Below are positions 13,082-24,838 of a stretch of 64,000 bases of DNA, one piece after another (the first letter of the stretch is position 1; each line of letters begins with the position of its first letter). The translations under genes and the position numbers were made by a program. Origin of the DNA: Octopus vulgaris (lineage: Eukaryota); contig OX597827.1 in the NCBI GenBank assembly GCA_951406725.2, positions 34,162,001-34,226,000 on the forward strand. The letters run 5' to 3'. Below the pieces are notes generated by a model. That model ran no database searches and had not been told where the DNA came from. It saw only the letters and a list, made by a program, of their open reading frames with translations.

Positions 13082-13130
13082 TATCTGGTCTCCTGTATGT
13101 AAGTACACACACACACACACACACACACCA

Positions 13131-14135
13131 TAATAGGGTAGCCCAGTTTATGGGGTTACACTGTGTTTTTTGCTCATACGGCGTATCTTCAGACTCAAAA
13201 CACTGCTGGCCTGGAACCTCTTTAAAATATGGAAGGGGAATGCCTCGTTCTTGAGGTAGCAATCTCCCTTTGCGATTGTCCTTCGAAATACCAACGGGAG
13301 ATAATCACCTAGGGTTTTACGCTGTTTGAGAGAGTTCCCAGTACGCTCCACGTACTTCTGTGGGCGCGTGATATCGTTGCGCCTGTTGCTGCTGTCGTTA
13401 TACTTGTTGGTGTTGTAGGTGCTGCTGTTGTTAAAGGGTGGGCTATGTGACTGACTTGGGTGCGTATGGAGCCGTGTAGGCATTGGTGTCATGTTCAATT
13501 CCCAGTGGTTCGGCCCGTCTTTTTTTAAAACAACAAGAGCACCTACAACAGCGACAGGCGCAACGACATCACGCGCCCACAGAAGTACGTGGGTGCACTG
13601 GGAACTCTCTCAAACAGCGTATTTCCAATCATCTTTCCTCCTTCAAAGTTCCGGAAAGAAGATACGTGACATCACTGGCCAGCCATATCTGGCAATTACG
13701 AGACGAAGAGATTCCATACTCGATTGCATGGAAAATACTCAAGAACCCAGGCCCCTACGTCAACGGGACGAAACGGTGCAAGTTATGCATTGCCGAACGC
13801 ATGAGGATCCTTAAAGACTTGCTCGTGCCAGGGAAAATCCTGAACTCCAGGACGGAGATTTTCGGACCATGCCTGCTGTTTAGAAAATGTCTGCTGGCTT
13901 TTTGGAATCAGCTTGGCGGGACTACAGCTGGAACCAATAGCCAAGGCCGAAGGGAGACAATCGTATGCCTTCGTGGTGCTTTGGTGATCACAAGATGGCA
14001 GCGCGGCCGAAGATCGATATATTTTAAAGAGGTCTCAGGCCACAGCAGTTTTTGGAGTCTGAAGATACGCCATAAGGCTAAATCCCTTTTGAGCGAGAAA
14101 CTCAGAGTAACCCCATAAACCGGCCTGGTTCTGTG
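13131..14135 (+). mobile_element. Penelope-like element 3' part (GIY-YIG endonuclease, Naiad-like) preceded by an inverted partial copy
   Basis: G.TGNSLKQRISNHLSSF...TSLASHIWQL...WKIL...CKLCIAE...ILNSRTEI...C is a PLE GIY-YIG signature; ~13131-13400 is an internally deleted reverse-complement copy of ~13540-14135. Confidence 0.8.
14054..14114 (+). ncRNA. Minimal type-I hammerhead ribozyme in PLE terminal repeat
   Basis: GGAGT-CTGAAGA-[stem II TACGC...GCGA]-GAAA-CTC-A-GAG-TA-ACCCC: intact core boxes and a GUA triplet. Confidence 0.72.
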
Positions 14136-15536
14136 GAATCTTTAGCAGAGATAACGCTGTTATAAGCATTTAAGTCGGTCTCCTGTTTTTGGCTGCCTTC
14201 ATCCCTTGCTACCTCTAGTTTTGGAGGCATTGAAAAAGACTATGGTAGTTTTTAATAGAATAAATAAATAATTAACTAAAATGAAGGAAATATCTGTAAT
14301 GCCTAAAGTGAAAGGAACTCTAGGTATTGTTTTTGATAACAGACGTTAAAAATGATTAAATAAGACCCTAAAGGCTGTCAACTTCAACTGAACCGGAAAA
14401 GTAGGGAAAAATAATACCTCCAATGGTAGCAGTTAATAATAAGGGAGAAGGCGATGGAAGTGGTATATGAGTCAGAAATGCAGTGGTCTTTGGAAATATT
14501 TAACACTTGCGCACGAGGAAGGTAAAATGGAAAGGAATTGAGCGTTTCCCCCACCCCTTTCTGTTTCATACAATGAGAATTACGATCCCGAAAGAATTTT
14601 CTTTTTCCAAAAATTTCAATGAAAAAAAAATTTTCTCGTGACCTCTTTTCCTTTCCCATATGGTAGTGAAAGCTTTTCCGAAACTCTGCATGATTTGTTC
14701 TATTTGTAACAAATTATTTCCAAAAAGCTATTTATTTGATTGAGGACAGCTAGAATGCGAAGAATGTTGAAAAAAAAAATCAAGCGTCGAGATATAATAT
14801 TCTAAACAATTTTAACTTTTAAACTGACTTAAAGCTATCTTGTTATTCTCATATTTTAAAAAGATATTCGTATTTTTGAGAAACAGACATTAAGAATAAC
14901 TATCTTCATTATTTGAGAAAAAGAATTAAGAAACGAAATACAGTATAAAATATTAAAGTCGTTACAGAAACTGAAATTTTTTTTTGCTCTACATCCAATT
15001 AAGGAAGTTGTCACGTTTATAATTTTGCATAACAATAGCTGTATTTGTTGGTAAATAAATGTAAATTTTAATATTATTGCAATTTCAGCGTAAGCAATTT
15101 TCAGTGTTTAGATTTAGCTCAATATTTAGCACATGTACATAAAACCATTCATTTATTCGTCCAAAGGCATACACACACACACACACATACGCACACAGTC
15201 TCACTCATTATATTTACACATCTATTTACGAATAAGGCAATACCAAGATTATTGTGTTTTGTATTATGACTAGTAAAACAATGATTCTGCAAAAAGGTTT
15301 AGGTTTATTAAGGTTGTCTATCGCTCACATAGTGACTATCAATTCAGATTTTCGAATAACCGTTCATTCAACTAAAATTCTACGTTTTAAAATATTGAAG
15401 TACAATAAATAAAATTGTTTACCGAGTCATTTGTAAGTGTTATATCTTTAAATAAAATCAATAATTGACGAAAGAAATCCTAACAAACAAATAATATATG
15501 TATAAATAGCTTAACATTCGGTACCTCAGCGCGTAA

Positions 15537-15630
15537 GCCCGCATAGCTCAGTCGGTAGAGCATCAGACTTTTATGACTGAATCTTAACAGAGTCATCTGA
15601 GGGTCGTGGGTTCAAGTCCCCCTGCGGGCG
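15537..15630 (+). tRNA. tRNA-Lys-TTT: tRNA-Lys(UUU) with a 21-nt intron at 37/38 (15574-15594)
   Basis: Exons GCCCGCATAGCTCAGTCGGTAGAGCATCAGACTTTTA and ATCTGAGGGTCGTGGGTTCAAGTCCCCCTGCGGGCG total 73 nt and closely resemble animal tRNA-Lys3. Perfect acceptor stem, A and B boxes, one T-stem mismatch. Confidence 0.92.
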
Positions 15631-15639
15631 AAGCATTTG

Positions 15640-15647
15640 TTTTTTTT
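15640..15647 (+). terminator. Pol III terminator (T8)
   Basis: Run of 8 T starting 10 nt after the tRNA discriminator base; TATAAATA also lies upstream at 15501-15508. Confidence 0.8.
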
Positions 15648-16024
15648 GTTCCGCGAATATGAATGAACTGTTTGACGTCTTTCATTCAAGCCTACTTTGT
15701 TTTCGTTTTGCTTATTGTTATTTTACATAATGTCTTTAGATATTGTTATTGTGTCGTACTTTCCCTACTTGTGAAGAATAGTTCCGTTGATATAAGCTGT
15801 GATTTAGATTATGACTATGTAAATGGAACAAAGAAAGCCTACAAATTCGTGAGAGGAACAAGATTTGTACGCATGAATATATCATATATATCAATATATT
15901 AGTAATGTAACACACACACACGCACGCACGCACGCACGTACCACCACCACCACAACACGGACACACGCACCCACACTACTAACACTATCACCACCGTCGC
16001 CACCCACCACCACCACCACCACCG

Positions 16025-16055
<31 letters not shown>

Positions 16056-16064
16056 GATGTGACG

Positions 16065-16208
16065 TGTTACAACTTCCTAACCGCTACCCTTGTGTTAAGC
16101 ATCGCCCATCTGAACGTTCCTTTATCATCTCCTCCAGGAGACGTACCTTCAGATCAGCCTTTACCTCTTCGTCTCAAGTTTTCCTTGGTCTTTCACATAC
16201 TCCCAATC
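16065..16208 (-). mobile_element. RTE LINE 3' fragment
   Basis: Minus-strand RPRKT.DE.VKADLK-like peptide next to a (CAT)n tail. Confidence 0.55.
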
Positions 16209-16299
16209 CATCCATCCATCCATCCATCCATCCATCCATCCATACATACATACATACATACATACATACATACATACATACATACATACATACATACAC

Positions 16300-18110
16300 G
16301 TGAAGTGGGAAGGAGTGTGCGTTTGTGTAGGGGTATGTATATACTGCAAGGGAATAACGGTGTATGTGGTGCGGGTACTGAGTATAAACGGTGTAGAGAA
16401 GATGTATGGGCAGTAGAGAAGGAGAGGTAGTGGAAGGTGAGAGATGTGTGGTTTGTGTAAATATGTGAGAGGAGGTGGGTCTTGATGAAGACAGGTGACA
16501 AATTATGACTATGAGAGGCTGAGGAATGGAGAAGAGAAAATAAATTCCTGCTCTCGACGGGGGCGGGAGTCCGGGTGGTCTCCGTGCAAGGCCAGTCCGA
16601 ACATTGACAGATGAAACGAATGACCGGTCGAATGGATGTGGCGCGCGACCGGAGTGTCATTGCCGAGTTTGATGTTCTAGAGATGTCCCGGAGATGTTCA
16701 AAAACTGGTTAGCAACGTACCGGCAAGTTTGCCTGATGTACAAGGGAATGAGAGAGGGAGAATGAGAGAGAGAGCGCGGGAGCAAGAGAGAGAGAGAGAG
16801 AAAGAGCAGAAGATTGAATTGTTGGAGGTGAAGGTGAAGGTGAATGAATCGGTGATGTAGTAGGGGCAGTAGTGGGTACCAGTGAGGATGGTGGTGATGG
16901 AGAGTGAGAGGCAGTGTGGGCGAGAGCAAGGGAAAGAGCTAGGTAGAATATAAGGGGAAGGGAGGAAGCTAAGGACCAAAAGGTCACGCAGGTTATGGGT
17001 ACGTTTGAAGGCGGGGAGGATCAGTTGAGGAAGATGTAGGAAATGGAAGGGAAGATTGGAGTCAGCGGAAGGCCGGAAGAATGACGCAGTGGGGGGGGGG
17101 GGGCAGGTGAGGGGGAGGAAAGGGAGGTGGGTAAGGATGGTGGGGGGAGCGGGTTGAGAGAGCGGATGCACCGTCAAAAGATCGGGCACGGGTGAGGGCG
17201 GTTTGGATAACGGTATGGAGTATCTCCGTTTGGTGGAGTGGCGAGCCGTGAGTTGAGACTGTATCAAAGTAATGGTCGTCACTACAGAGCCGGCGGAGAC
17301 GGAATGAACTGAGTACGGGATGCACAATCTGGAGTGAGTAAGGTGGGAGGAGGAGGTTGAATGAAGAGTGTACGTCTGTAGGTTTACAGGGAATGGGCTG
17401 GTAAGGTGGCGAGCTGGCAGAAACGTTAGCGCGCCGGGCGAAATGCTTGGAGGTATTTCGTCTGCCGTTACGTTCTGAGTTCAAATTCCGCCGAGCTCGA
17501 CTTTGCCTTTCATCCTTTCGGGGTCGATAAATTAAGTACCAGTTATGCACTGGGGTCGATTTAATCCGTTTGTCTGTCCTTGTTTGTCCTCTCTATGTTT
17601 AGCCCCTTGTGGGCAATAAAGAAATAAGAAAGGAGTGGTGGATGGTAACAGAAATGTTAAGAAAGTTGACAGAGGTGTTGGCGATAGAACAGGAATTCGA
17701 GGGCAGGATGGAAGAGAGGAAGGAGTCAAGCTGTTTACAGGAGAGTGAAGTCGCACCGATACAGACGTCAATGTAACGAGAGTTGGACCGATTAACTGAG
17801 AGAATATTTAGGCCTCAAAATAGCCAGCAAACAGGTTTGCACAGTTGGGCCCATTCTCGTTCTATGGCCACTCCTGATGATAAACTTAACGAGTGAACAA
17901 CGAGAAGTAATGTAGAGAAAGGACAAGTTCAGCCAAACTGAGGAAGCTAGAGGTATCACGTTGAGGATCAGGACGAAGTTTGAGGAAATATATTAAAGCA
18001 AGGAGGTTTTCATTGTGAGGGATAACAGTGTATAAGGATTTTATGTCAAGGGTGAACAGGAGACTGGAAGGGGCGGTAGGAAGGGAGACAAAAGTTTCGA
18101 AATGTCGATA
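16300..18110 (-). mobile_element. Degraded Penelope-like retroelement (RT plus GIY-YIG)
   Basis: Peptides LFTLDIKSLYTVIPH, LAELVL, GVAI..MGP..ANLF, KPTD.H, AFKR.HNLRDLLV and LYI.QT.R across frames with frameshifts; interrupted by a SINE. Confidence 0.85.
17403..17630 (+). mobile_element. Young SINE family A copy nested in the PLE
   Basis: CpG-retaining full copy GGCGAGCTGGCAGAAACGTTAGC...GGGCAATAAAGAAATAAGAA. Confidence 0.9.
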
Positions 18111-18169
18111 TTTATGTGTGTGTGTGTACATGTATATGTGTGTATACACACACACACACAAACATATAT

Positions 18170-18497
18170 GCTTTTATTTGGATGTCATTTAATTGCGGCC
18201 ATGCTGGAGCATGACCTTTAGTCGAGCAGATCGACCCTAGGACTTATTCTTTGTAAGCCTAGTACTTATTCTATCGGTCTATTGCCGTATCGCTAAGTTA
18301 CGGGGACGTAAACACACCAGCATCGGTTCTCAAGCGATCTTGTGGGGACAAACACAGACACACAAACACAGTTTCCGTCTACCAAATCCACTCGCAAAGC
18401 TTTGGTCAACACTTGACCAAGGTGCCACGCAGTGGGACTGAACTCGGAACCATGTGGTTGGTAAGCAAGCTACTTACCACATAGCCACTCCTGCGCG
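18170..18497 (-). mobile_element. tRNA-derived SINE family B
   Basis: Reverse complement of GCAGGAGTGGCT.TG.GGTAAGTAGCTTGCT...GTTCAGTCCCACTGCG...GAGTGGATTTGGTAGACGGAAAC; compare 27512. Confidence 0.85.
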
Positions 18498-19026
18498 GAT
18501 TTGGTTTGCAAGATTCTTTACGTGAATTCGTGTGTTGAAGCATATTTTATTGTGTCTGGGGAGAGTCATTCTCTTTTAGTGCTTCGTTATTTAAAACACT
18601 GGTTCGGCTTCCACTCATTTACTTGCTTATTTTTTCTAAAATTTTCGTTGCGTCTTGCAACCTTTTATATCGAGGGTATGAGAGGTATTGGTGTCAAGAC
18701 GACCCAAAGGTGTCAGATAATGCCGAGTAAGTGCTTCGGACAGACTATAGTTAAGTTCCAGGTTCGATGATGATACGAATGAGAAGTCCAACGTGTAAAA
18801 ATTAACAGAATGACATACAAAACTCCAAGGCTGTGAACATTTTCAGAACATTTATAAAGAAGTCTTACACAAGGTACAGGAAACTTATAGATACACCATT
18901 CTGCTTAAATAATGGAACTGCAGATACAATATACTTACGTATCTTACGTCTGTTTTCATTCCTCCACTTCACTCTGTATTTCATATCTTCTCTAGAAAAA
19001 CTATTACTTAATCATTTTCTCGCACT

Positions 19027-19074
19027 GTCTGTGATGAAGGGATATTTAAAATATCCCGGAAACAGCTGTAAGAC
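19027..19074 (+). ncRNA. Hammerhead-like motif (core variant GTGATGA)
   Basis: GTCT-GTGATGA-A-GGGATATT-TAA-AATATCCC-G-GAAA-CAGCTG-TA-AGAC. Confidence 0.65.
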
Positions 19075-19353
19075 TTCTTTATAAATGTTCTAAAACCTTT
19101 CACACCCTTGGATGTTTTTTTTATCTCATTCTGTTAATTTATATATATATGCCATGATAGATCGTTAGCCACTTCACACATTTTTTTCTCTCCTTGTTTC
19201 TCCTTGTTTTTTCTGTGTCCCTTTCTGTAGAAGAGCGTAGGCTCCAAACGTAAAAGACTTTTTCTATTCCTGAGCGTTATACTAATACATCTGTTTGTTT
19301 TGTACACCACCTGTCTTCGTCTTTTGGGTTTTTTTTGGTATTTTCGTAAACTC

Positions 19354-19420
<67 letters not shown>

Positions 19421-19485
19421 ATTTTTTGCCTAATAAGATAAAAAAACCAAGGGTGTATAGATATTAGAGCATTTATAGATAGAAG

Positions 19486-19537
19486 GTCTTACAGCTGTTT
19501 CTAGGATATTAATTAATAATATCCCTTCATCGGAGAC
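19486..19537 (-). ncRNA. Hammerhead-like motif (core variant CCGATGA)
   Basis: Minus strand: GTCT-CCGATGA-A-GGGATATT-ATTAATT-AATATCCT-A-GAAA-CAGCTG-TA-AGAC; inverted relative of the 19027 copy. Confidence 0.65.
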
Positions 19538-19826
19538 GGTGTGAGAGGAAAAATTAAGTCATAGTTAGTTTTGATGTGATACAAAATAGAGAGTGAGGTG
19601 GAGGAAAGAAAATAGATGTAAGATATGCATGGGTATTGAAATTGTAAATCCGTTTTATAGGCATAGTGGTATATATGCAATATTCCAATATCCTTTGAGT
19701 AAAATCCAAAAGTCCAACAGAGTTAAATATGAGTCCTTACAAATATAGAGTTTATAAGCAATGTAATATTCCCATATGAGTGGGATCCAGCAGATTTTAA
19801 AAAATCTGCTGGATCCAGTACCCGTA

Positions 19827-20472
<646 letters not shown>

Positions 20473-21566
20473 TACGGGTACTGGAGTATAACTACCTACT
20501 ACGTATATTTCCAATTTAGTACTGGGGATGTTTCATTTATGAGGACGTACTTCTGTATTTGCTTGAGTCCCTCGGGTCCTTCGGGTCCTTCGGGTGCCTA
20601 GATAAAATGCAGATGTCAAATTGACCCAGTGTGACGAAAGGGAATCTTTCTGCTCATTTCCTTCCTAAAGACAACACGTGCTTATACCTGTCTCCTCTCA
20701 TAAGCTCGTCTTCCTAGCATTCATAATAATTTTTCTATCGTCTTGGCTTAACAACCCCCACCCACCGCTTGTTTTTACTGTCTTGTTCTCACTGTCCTGT
20801 TCTTGTTACCACTTCCACTCTCCGCAAAAAATCCAAAATTTTATTTAATTTTCTTTGCGGTTAGGATTGTTTCAATGAAGTCGCGTATTGTCCTTGCCTT
20901 CGAATGCGGACTAGATGAAATAGGGCCAACTGATGAAGGGGAATATTCTTTATGTTGCATGTCTCGTTTCTCTGTTTGTTTCTTCGTTGTTCGAAAAAAG
21001 TTCGTTTTCTATGTTTTCGTTTCTCATTGTGTTCAACGTTTTTTTTATGTCCTGTACCCATATATGCATGTATATATACATATATATGTAGGTATGTACA
21101 TATATGTATGTATATATGCATATATTTATATATTATTTATATTATATATACATGTATGTATGTATGTATGTATGTATGCATGCATGCATGTATGTATGTA
21201 TGTATGTATGTATGTATGTATGTATGTATGTATGTATGTATGTATATGCATATGTATGTAGGTAAATGGATATAAATGTAAAAAGATAGACATACAGATA
21301 AATAGATACATAGGTAATATGGACAGACAAGCACACACACGCACACATACATACGAGAATGAAGACTGAAACACATGACCATATACGCACACACACGAAC
21401 ACACAAACACATGAATATGCAGAATACATACATACAAACGTACACACATGCATACACACACACACATACACACACACACATATATATATATCTGTATCAG
21501 ATAAATTCCTCTATTTACATACTATCGCGGTCTCTTTCTTTGTTTTGTTGTCTTACCATTTTTTAT

Positions 21567-21640
<74 letters not shown>

Positions 21641-21712
21641 CACAGTGGGGTACCGCACGAGTGGAATTATATACGAAAGAAGGTTTGAAAATGCAATTTA
21701 AAAGATGTTTAT

Positions 21713-21758
21713 TTACTTTACCGGTTTCACTCTTTGGAAAAAGATTGTCAAAAGTAAC
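21713..21758 (-). ncRNA. Degenerate hammerhead-like motif
   Basis: Minus strand: TTACTT-TTGACAA-TCTTT-TTCC-AAAGA-GT-GAAA-CCGG-TA-AAGTAA; stems are present but core box 1 is mutated. Confidence 0.5.
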
Positions 21759-22320
21759 ATGTAGAAGTTTGGTTGCGTTAATTATTGGTTGTTGCAAATT
21801 GCTACATTACATATATACAGTCTTTGGTAACAGGGACATGTTAAGGACATAAAAAAGTTCAACAAGTTCCTTAAAATATTGGGCACAAAAGATTACTACA
21901 TAAATAATCGTTCTCAAGGACATGCTTAAGATAGTTTCCATAAGGAATTGATATTGGTATAGTATCTGTATATTCAAACATGCACAGAATATTGGTTGAC
22001 ACAGAGTACTATAATCCATATAAATATACATTCTTTGGTGACGAGAGTATGTTGAGAATATAAAAAAGTTTAACAAGCTCATTGAAATAATGGGCACAAA
22101 AGATTACAACAAATATATTATACATCTCAAGATAATTTCCAGGAGGAATTATGAAAAAAGTTCAGTATACACGTACAGAATATTATGAGTTCAAAAAGAT
22201 TTACATTATAATATATATATATATATATATCATTTCGTTCCTGTCGAATTTTATCCCTAATTTTTGTGGTTATAGAACCTAGCTGTTCTTTCTAGCGTGT
22301 TGAATTCTTATAAGTGGATT

Positions 22321-22379
<59 letters not shown>

Positions 22380-22485
22380 AAAGTAACATGTGACAATTAT
22401 TCGGTAGCCATGATAAAACTCCGAAGTGGAAATCTACGCTGCTATCTCTTCAGTTATCCGGCCATCGGAAAAATGCTGATGGCCG

Positions 22486-22546
22486 GATAACTGAAGAGAT
22501 GGCGGCGTGGATTTCCACCACGGCATCCGAAACTCGGAGTTTTATC
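22486..22546 (+). ncRNA. Minimal type-I hammerhead ribozyme inside a ~205-bp inverted repeat
   Basis: GATAA-CTGAAGA-GATG...GTGG-ATTT-CCAC...CATC-C-GAAA-CTC-G-GAG-TT-TTATC: intact core, perfect 5-bp stem I, GUU triplet. Confidence 0.72.
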
Positions 22547-22789
22547 ATGGCTACCGAATAATTGTCACATATTACTTTTACAGATAAATTCCTCTATTTA
22601 CATAATATCGAGGCCTCTTTCTTTCTTTTGTTGTCTTACCATTCGACTTTACCTTTCATCCTCTCGGGGTCGATTAAATAAGTATCAGTTACGCACTGGG
22701 ATCGATATAATCGATTTAATGCGTTTGTCTGTCCTTGTTTGTCCTCTCTGTGTTCAGCCCCATGTTGGTAGTAAAGAAATAAGTTAATT

Positions 22790-23560
22790 GTTAATCACAA
22801 CTGTCATTCGTGTTTTACTGATCTTCGGAAGCTTATCTGACAGTCCAATGGACATGGTCTGTATCCTAACCTGAGTAGTGACTTCGTTTGATCTCTTGAT
22901 GTCTTTAGTGTAGTTATTACCATCCATGATGCAGGTTACTTTGTACTCTAATCTCTTTACACCCACTGAGGCAGGCGGACTGCGGTTGGACAGTATTTTG
23001 TTGGTTGTGGTCTGCCCAGTTTGAAGAGGGGAGCAGCTGTCCGTTGAGAAACAATGGCTATCACTCAATCTAAATCTATCCCTGCCACCTGGCGCCGCAC
23101 CAGTTTGAATACATGTTTATAATCGGAATACAACTGCTTTCCGTGGTGATTTTGGAGTGCCCTTTCCAGGGCGCAGGCAAGGATAGTGTTAGTATGAGAG
23201 CCCAGCAGCAGTTCATGTAACAAGTTTCCCATCTCAAGCTACTGATGTTTTCCAAAGGAAGCAAGGGTGAGTAAAATTTGACACCAATGTTATCGCAGAA
23301 GTTGCCAGAACAATACTGGAAACAACGTAAGACTTTCTCATGGACTTCATCTCCGGATTTTTCTTCAGGATTTACTCCTGAAGCCTTTGCCAATGGCTGG
23401 GTATGGCAGCAATGCAGTAAGGATTCTTCTTGTTTTAGATGAACTGCCTTTCCAGGCTAATAACTCCCCTTTACTCGAAGTATTGGTTTTAAGGCACTAG
23501 CTCTTGCCTTTACACTTCTTTTCCTCTCAGTAGAAGCAGTCCCACTGAATTTCGAGACTA
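22790..23560 (-). mobile_element. Possible degraded RTE 5' region
   Basis: Minus-strand sequence around GCCTGGAAAGGCAGTTCATC...GGAGTAAATCCTGAAGAAAAATCCGGAG resembles RTE 5'UTRs from memory; no clear peptide motif. Confidence 0.35.
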
Positions 23561-24838
23561 AGTCGCCCAAATAAGTTATGGGTTGGACTTGATGTTATTC
23601 CCACTACCATTTTTCGGCCTGATTATCTTGGAACCATGAATATGTTATTAACATATCTGATTGCTGTGTGGTTATGTTTGAGAACGACTTTGTTTTCCAC
23701 GTTAGTCACGTTGAGACTGTGAATGTTGATCTGAGCTGGCAGTCCATAGGCACCCCGAACTAAGAAACTTCAGCTACGCAAGTCAACAAACTTTTCCATG
23801 TTGTTTCTTGGTATCGCAAATGGTGTTTATAACCTGATGTATGTAGAGTTTAGCCCACTCTATAGACTGGAACGTTGACGAAAAAGTTTTTGATGAATAA
23901 GGAAATTTTGTCTAATTTGGATCGTTTGCATTTCTGTTTTTTGCGCATGTTTAATACAAAACATTGGATATCTTTGGATTAAGTTCAAAGTCGCATTTTG
24001 TTGGAGAAATATGTAATCGATAGTTTTCTATTACTAATACTAAGTTCAATAACGTGGACGAGAAGCCAACTTGTTGATTGTAATAAACCAAATTATTAGA
24101 TGTTGATGGGTGGGTCGATCCGAGAGCAGGACAGCGGGTATAGCCACGTGGGACTCACCAACTTCGTCCGACAGCATTCAGCGACCTCCATCTCCGTCGC
24201 ACCCATTCGTCTTAACGTCTACATCTCTCTACGTACTCGCCCAGGTTACAACACTGCACTGTTCGTGAACTACTTCACCATGGATCAACAGCGAATATAC
24301 AGCCTGTGAGAACTCTTGTACAAAGTGACCTAGGTAGCAGCATCACAGCTACAACTTTACGTACGACATGTACCGCAACTGGCTCTGCATCGTCGCCGCA
24401 ACTTCTTGATAAAGTATCTCAACTATCGTGTACAATTGACTACGAACTGGTGTTTATCATTCTTGTATCTATGAACTTACTCCTCACTTCGATGGCTATA
24501 AACTCTTCCACTGTCTCTTCTTCTTCGCCATCTTTGTATGTTCTTAACGTGCATATATATATGCCTACATACATACGCATACATCTTATTCTTATGACGG
24601 TCTGTCTATTATTCTGTATATATGACGCACACACAATCACACATGTTAACATATCAATAAATCTTCTCTTAAATATTCTACCCGGTTGAGTCTCTTATTT
24701 CCCTCTGGCACATGTATGCATTGTTCTATTTATATTTATTGTATCAACCGTGTGATGTACTAAGGAGCCAAAATCATCACCGCTTCGCACGGACATCGCA
24801 ACTCGTTCCAACTCCTTGAAACTACAAAACAATTATAA

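Noticed and set aside
13483-14118. 211-aa ORF as a host gene, or as a selenocysteine-using PLE
   Set aside because: It is a chimeric frame over a PLE endonuclease remnant. The visible conserved Cys positions use Cys codons and I could not identify a SECIS.
17403-17500. SINE heads (families A, B and C) as tRNA genes
   Set aside because: They have A/B-box-like motifs but no complete cloverleaf and run on into repeat bodies.
23330-23560. HDV-like ribozyme at RTE-like 5' ends (also ~6540-6615)
   Set aside because: Plausible from known RTE biology, but I could not fold a convincing nested double pseudoknot by eye.
24095-24830. CpG-rich segment resembling a solo LTR
   Set aside because: I could not find matching TG...CA termini with a TSD; left unclassified.
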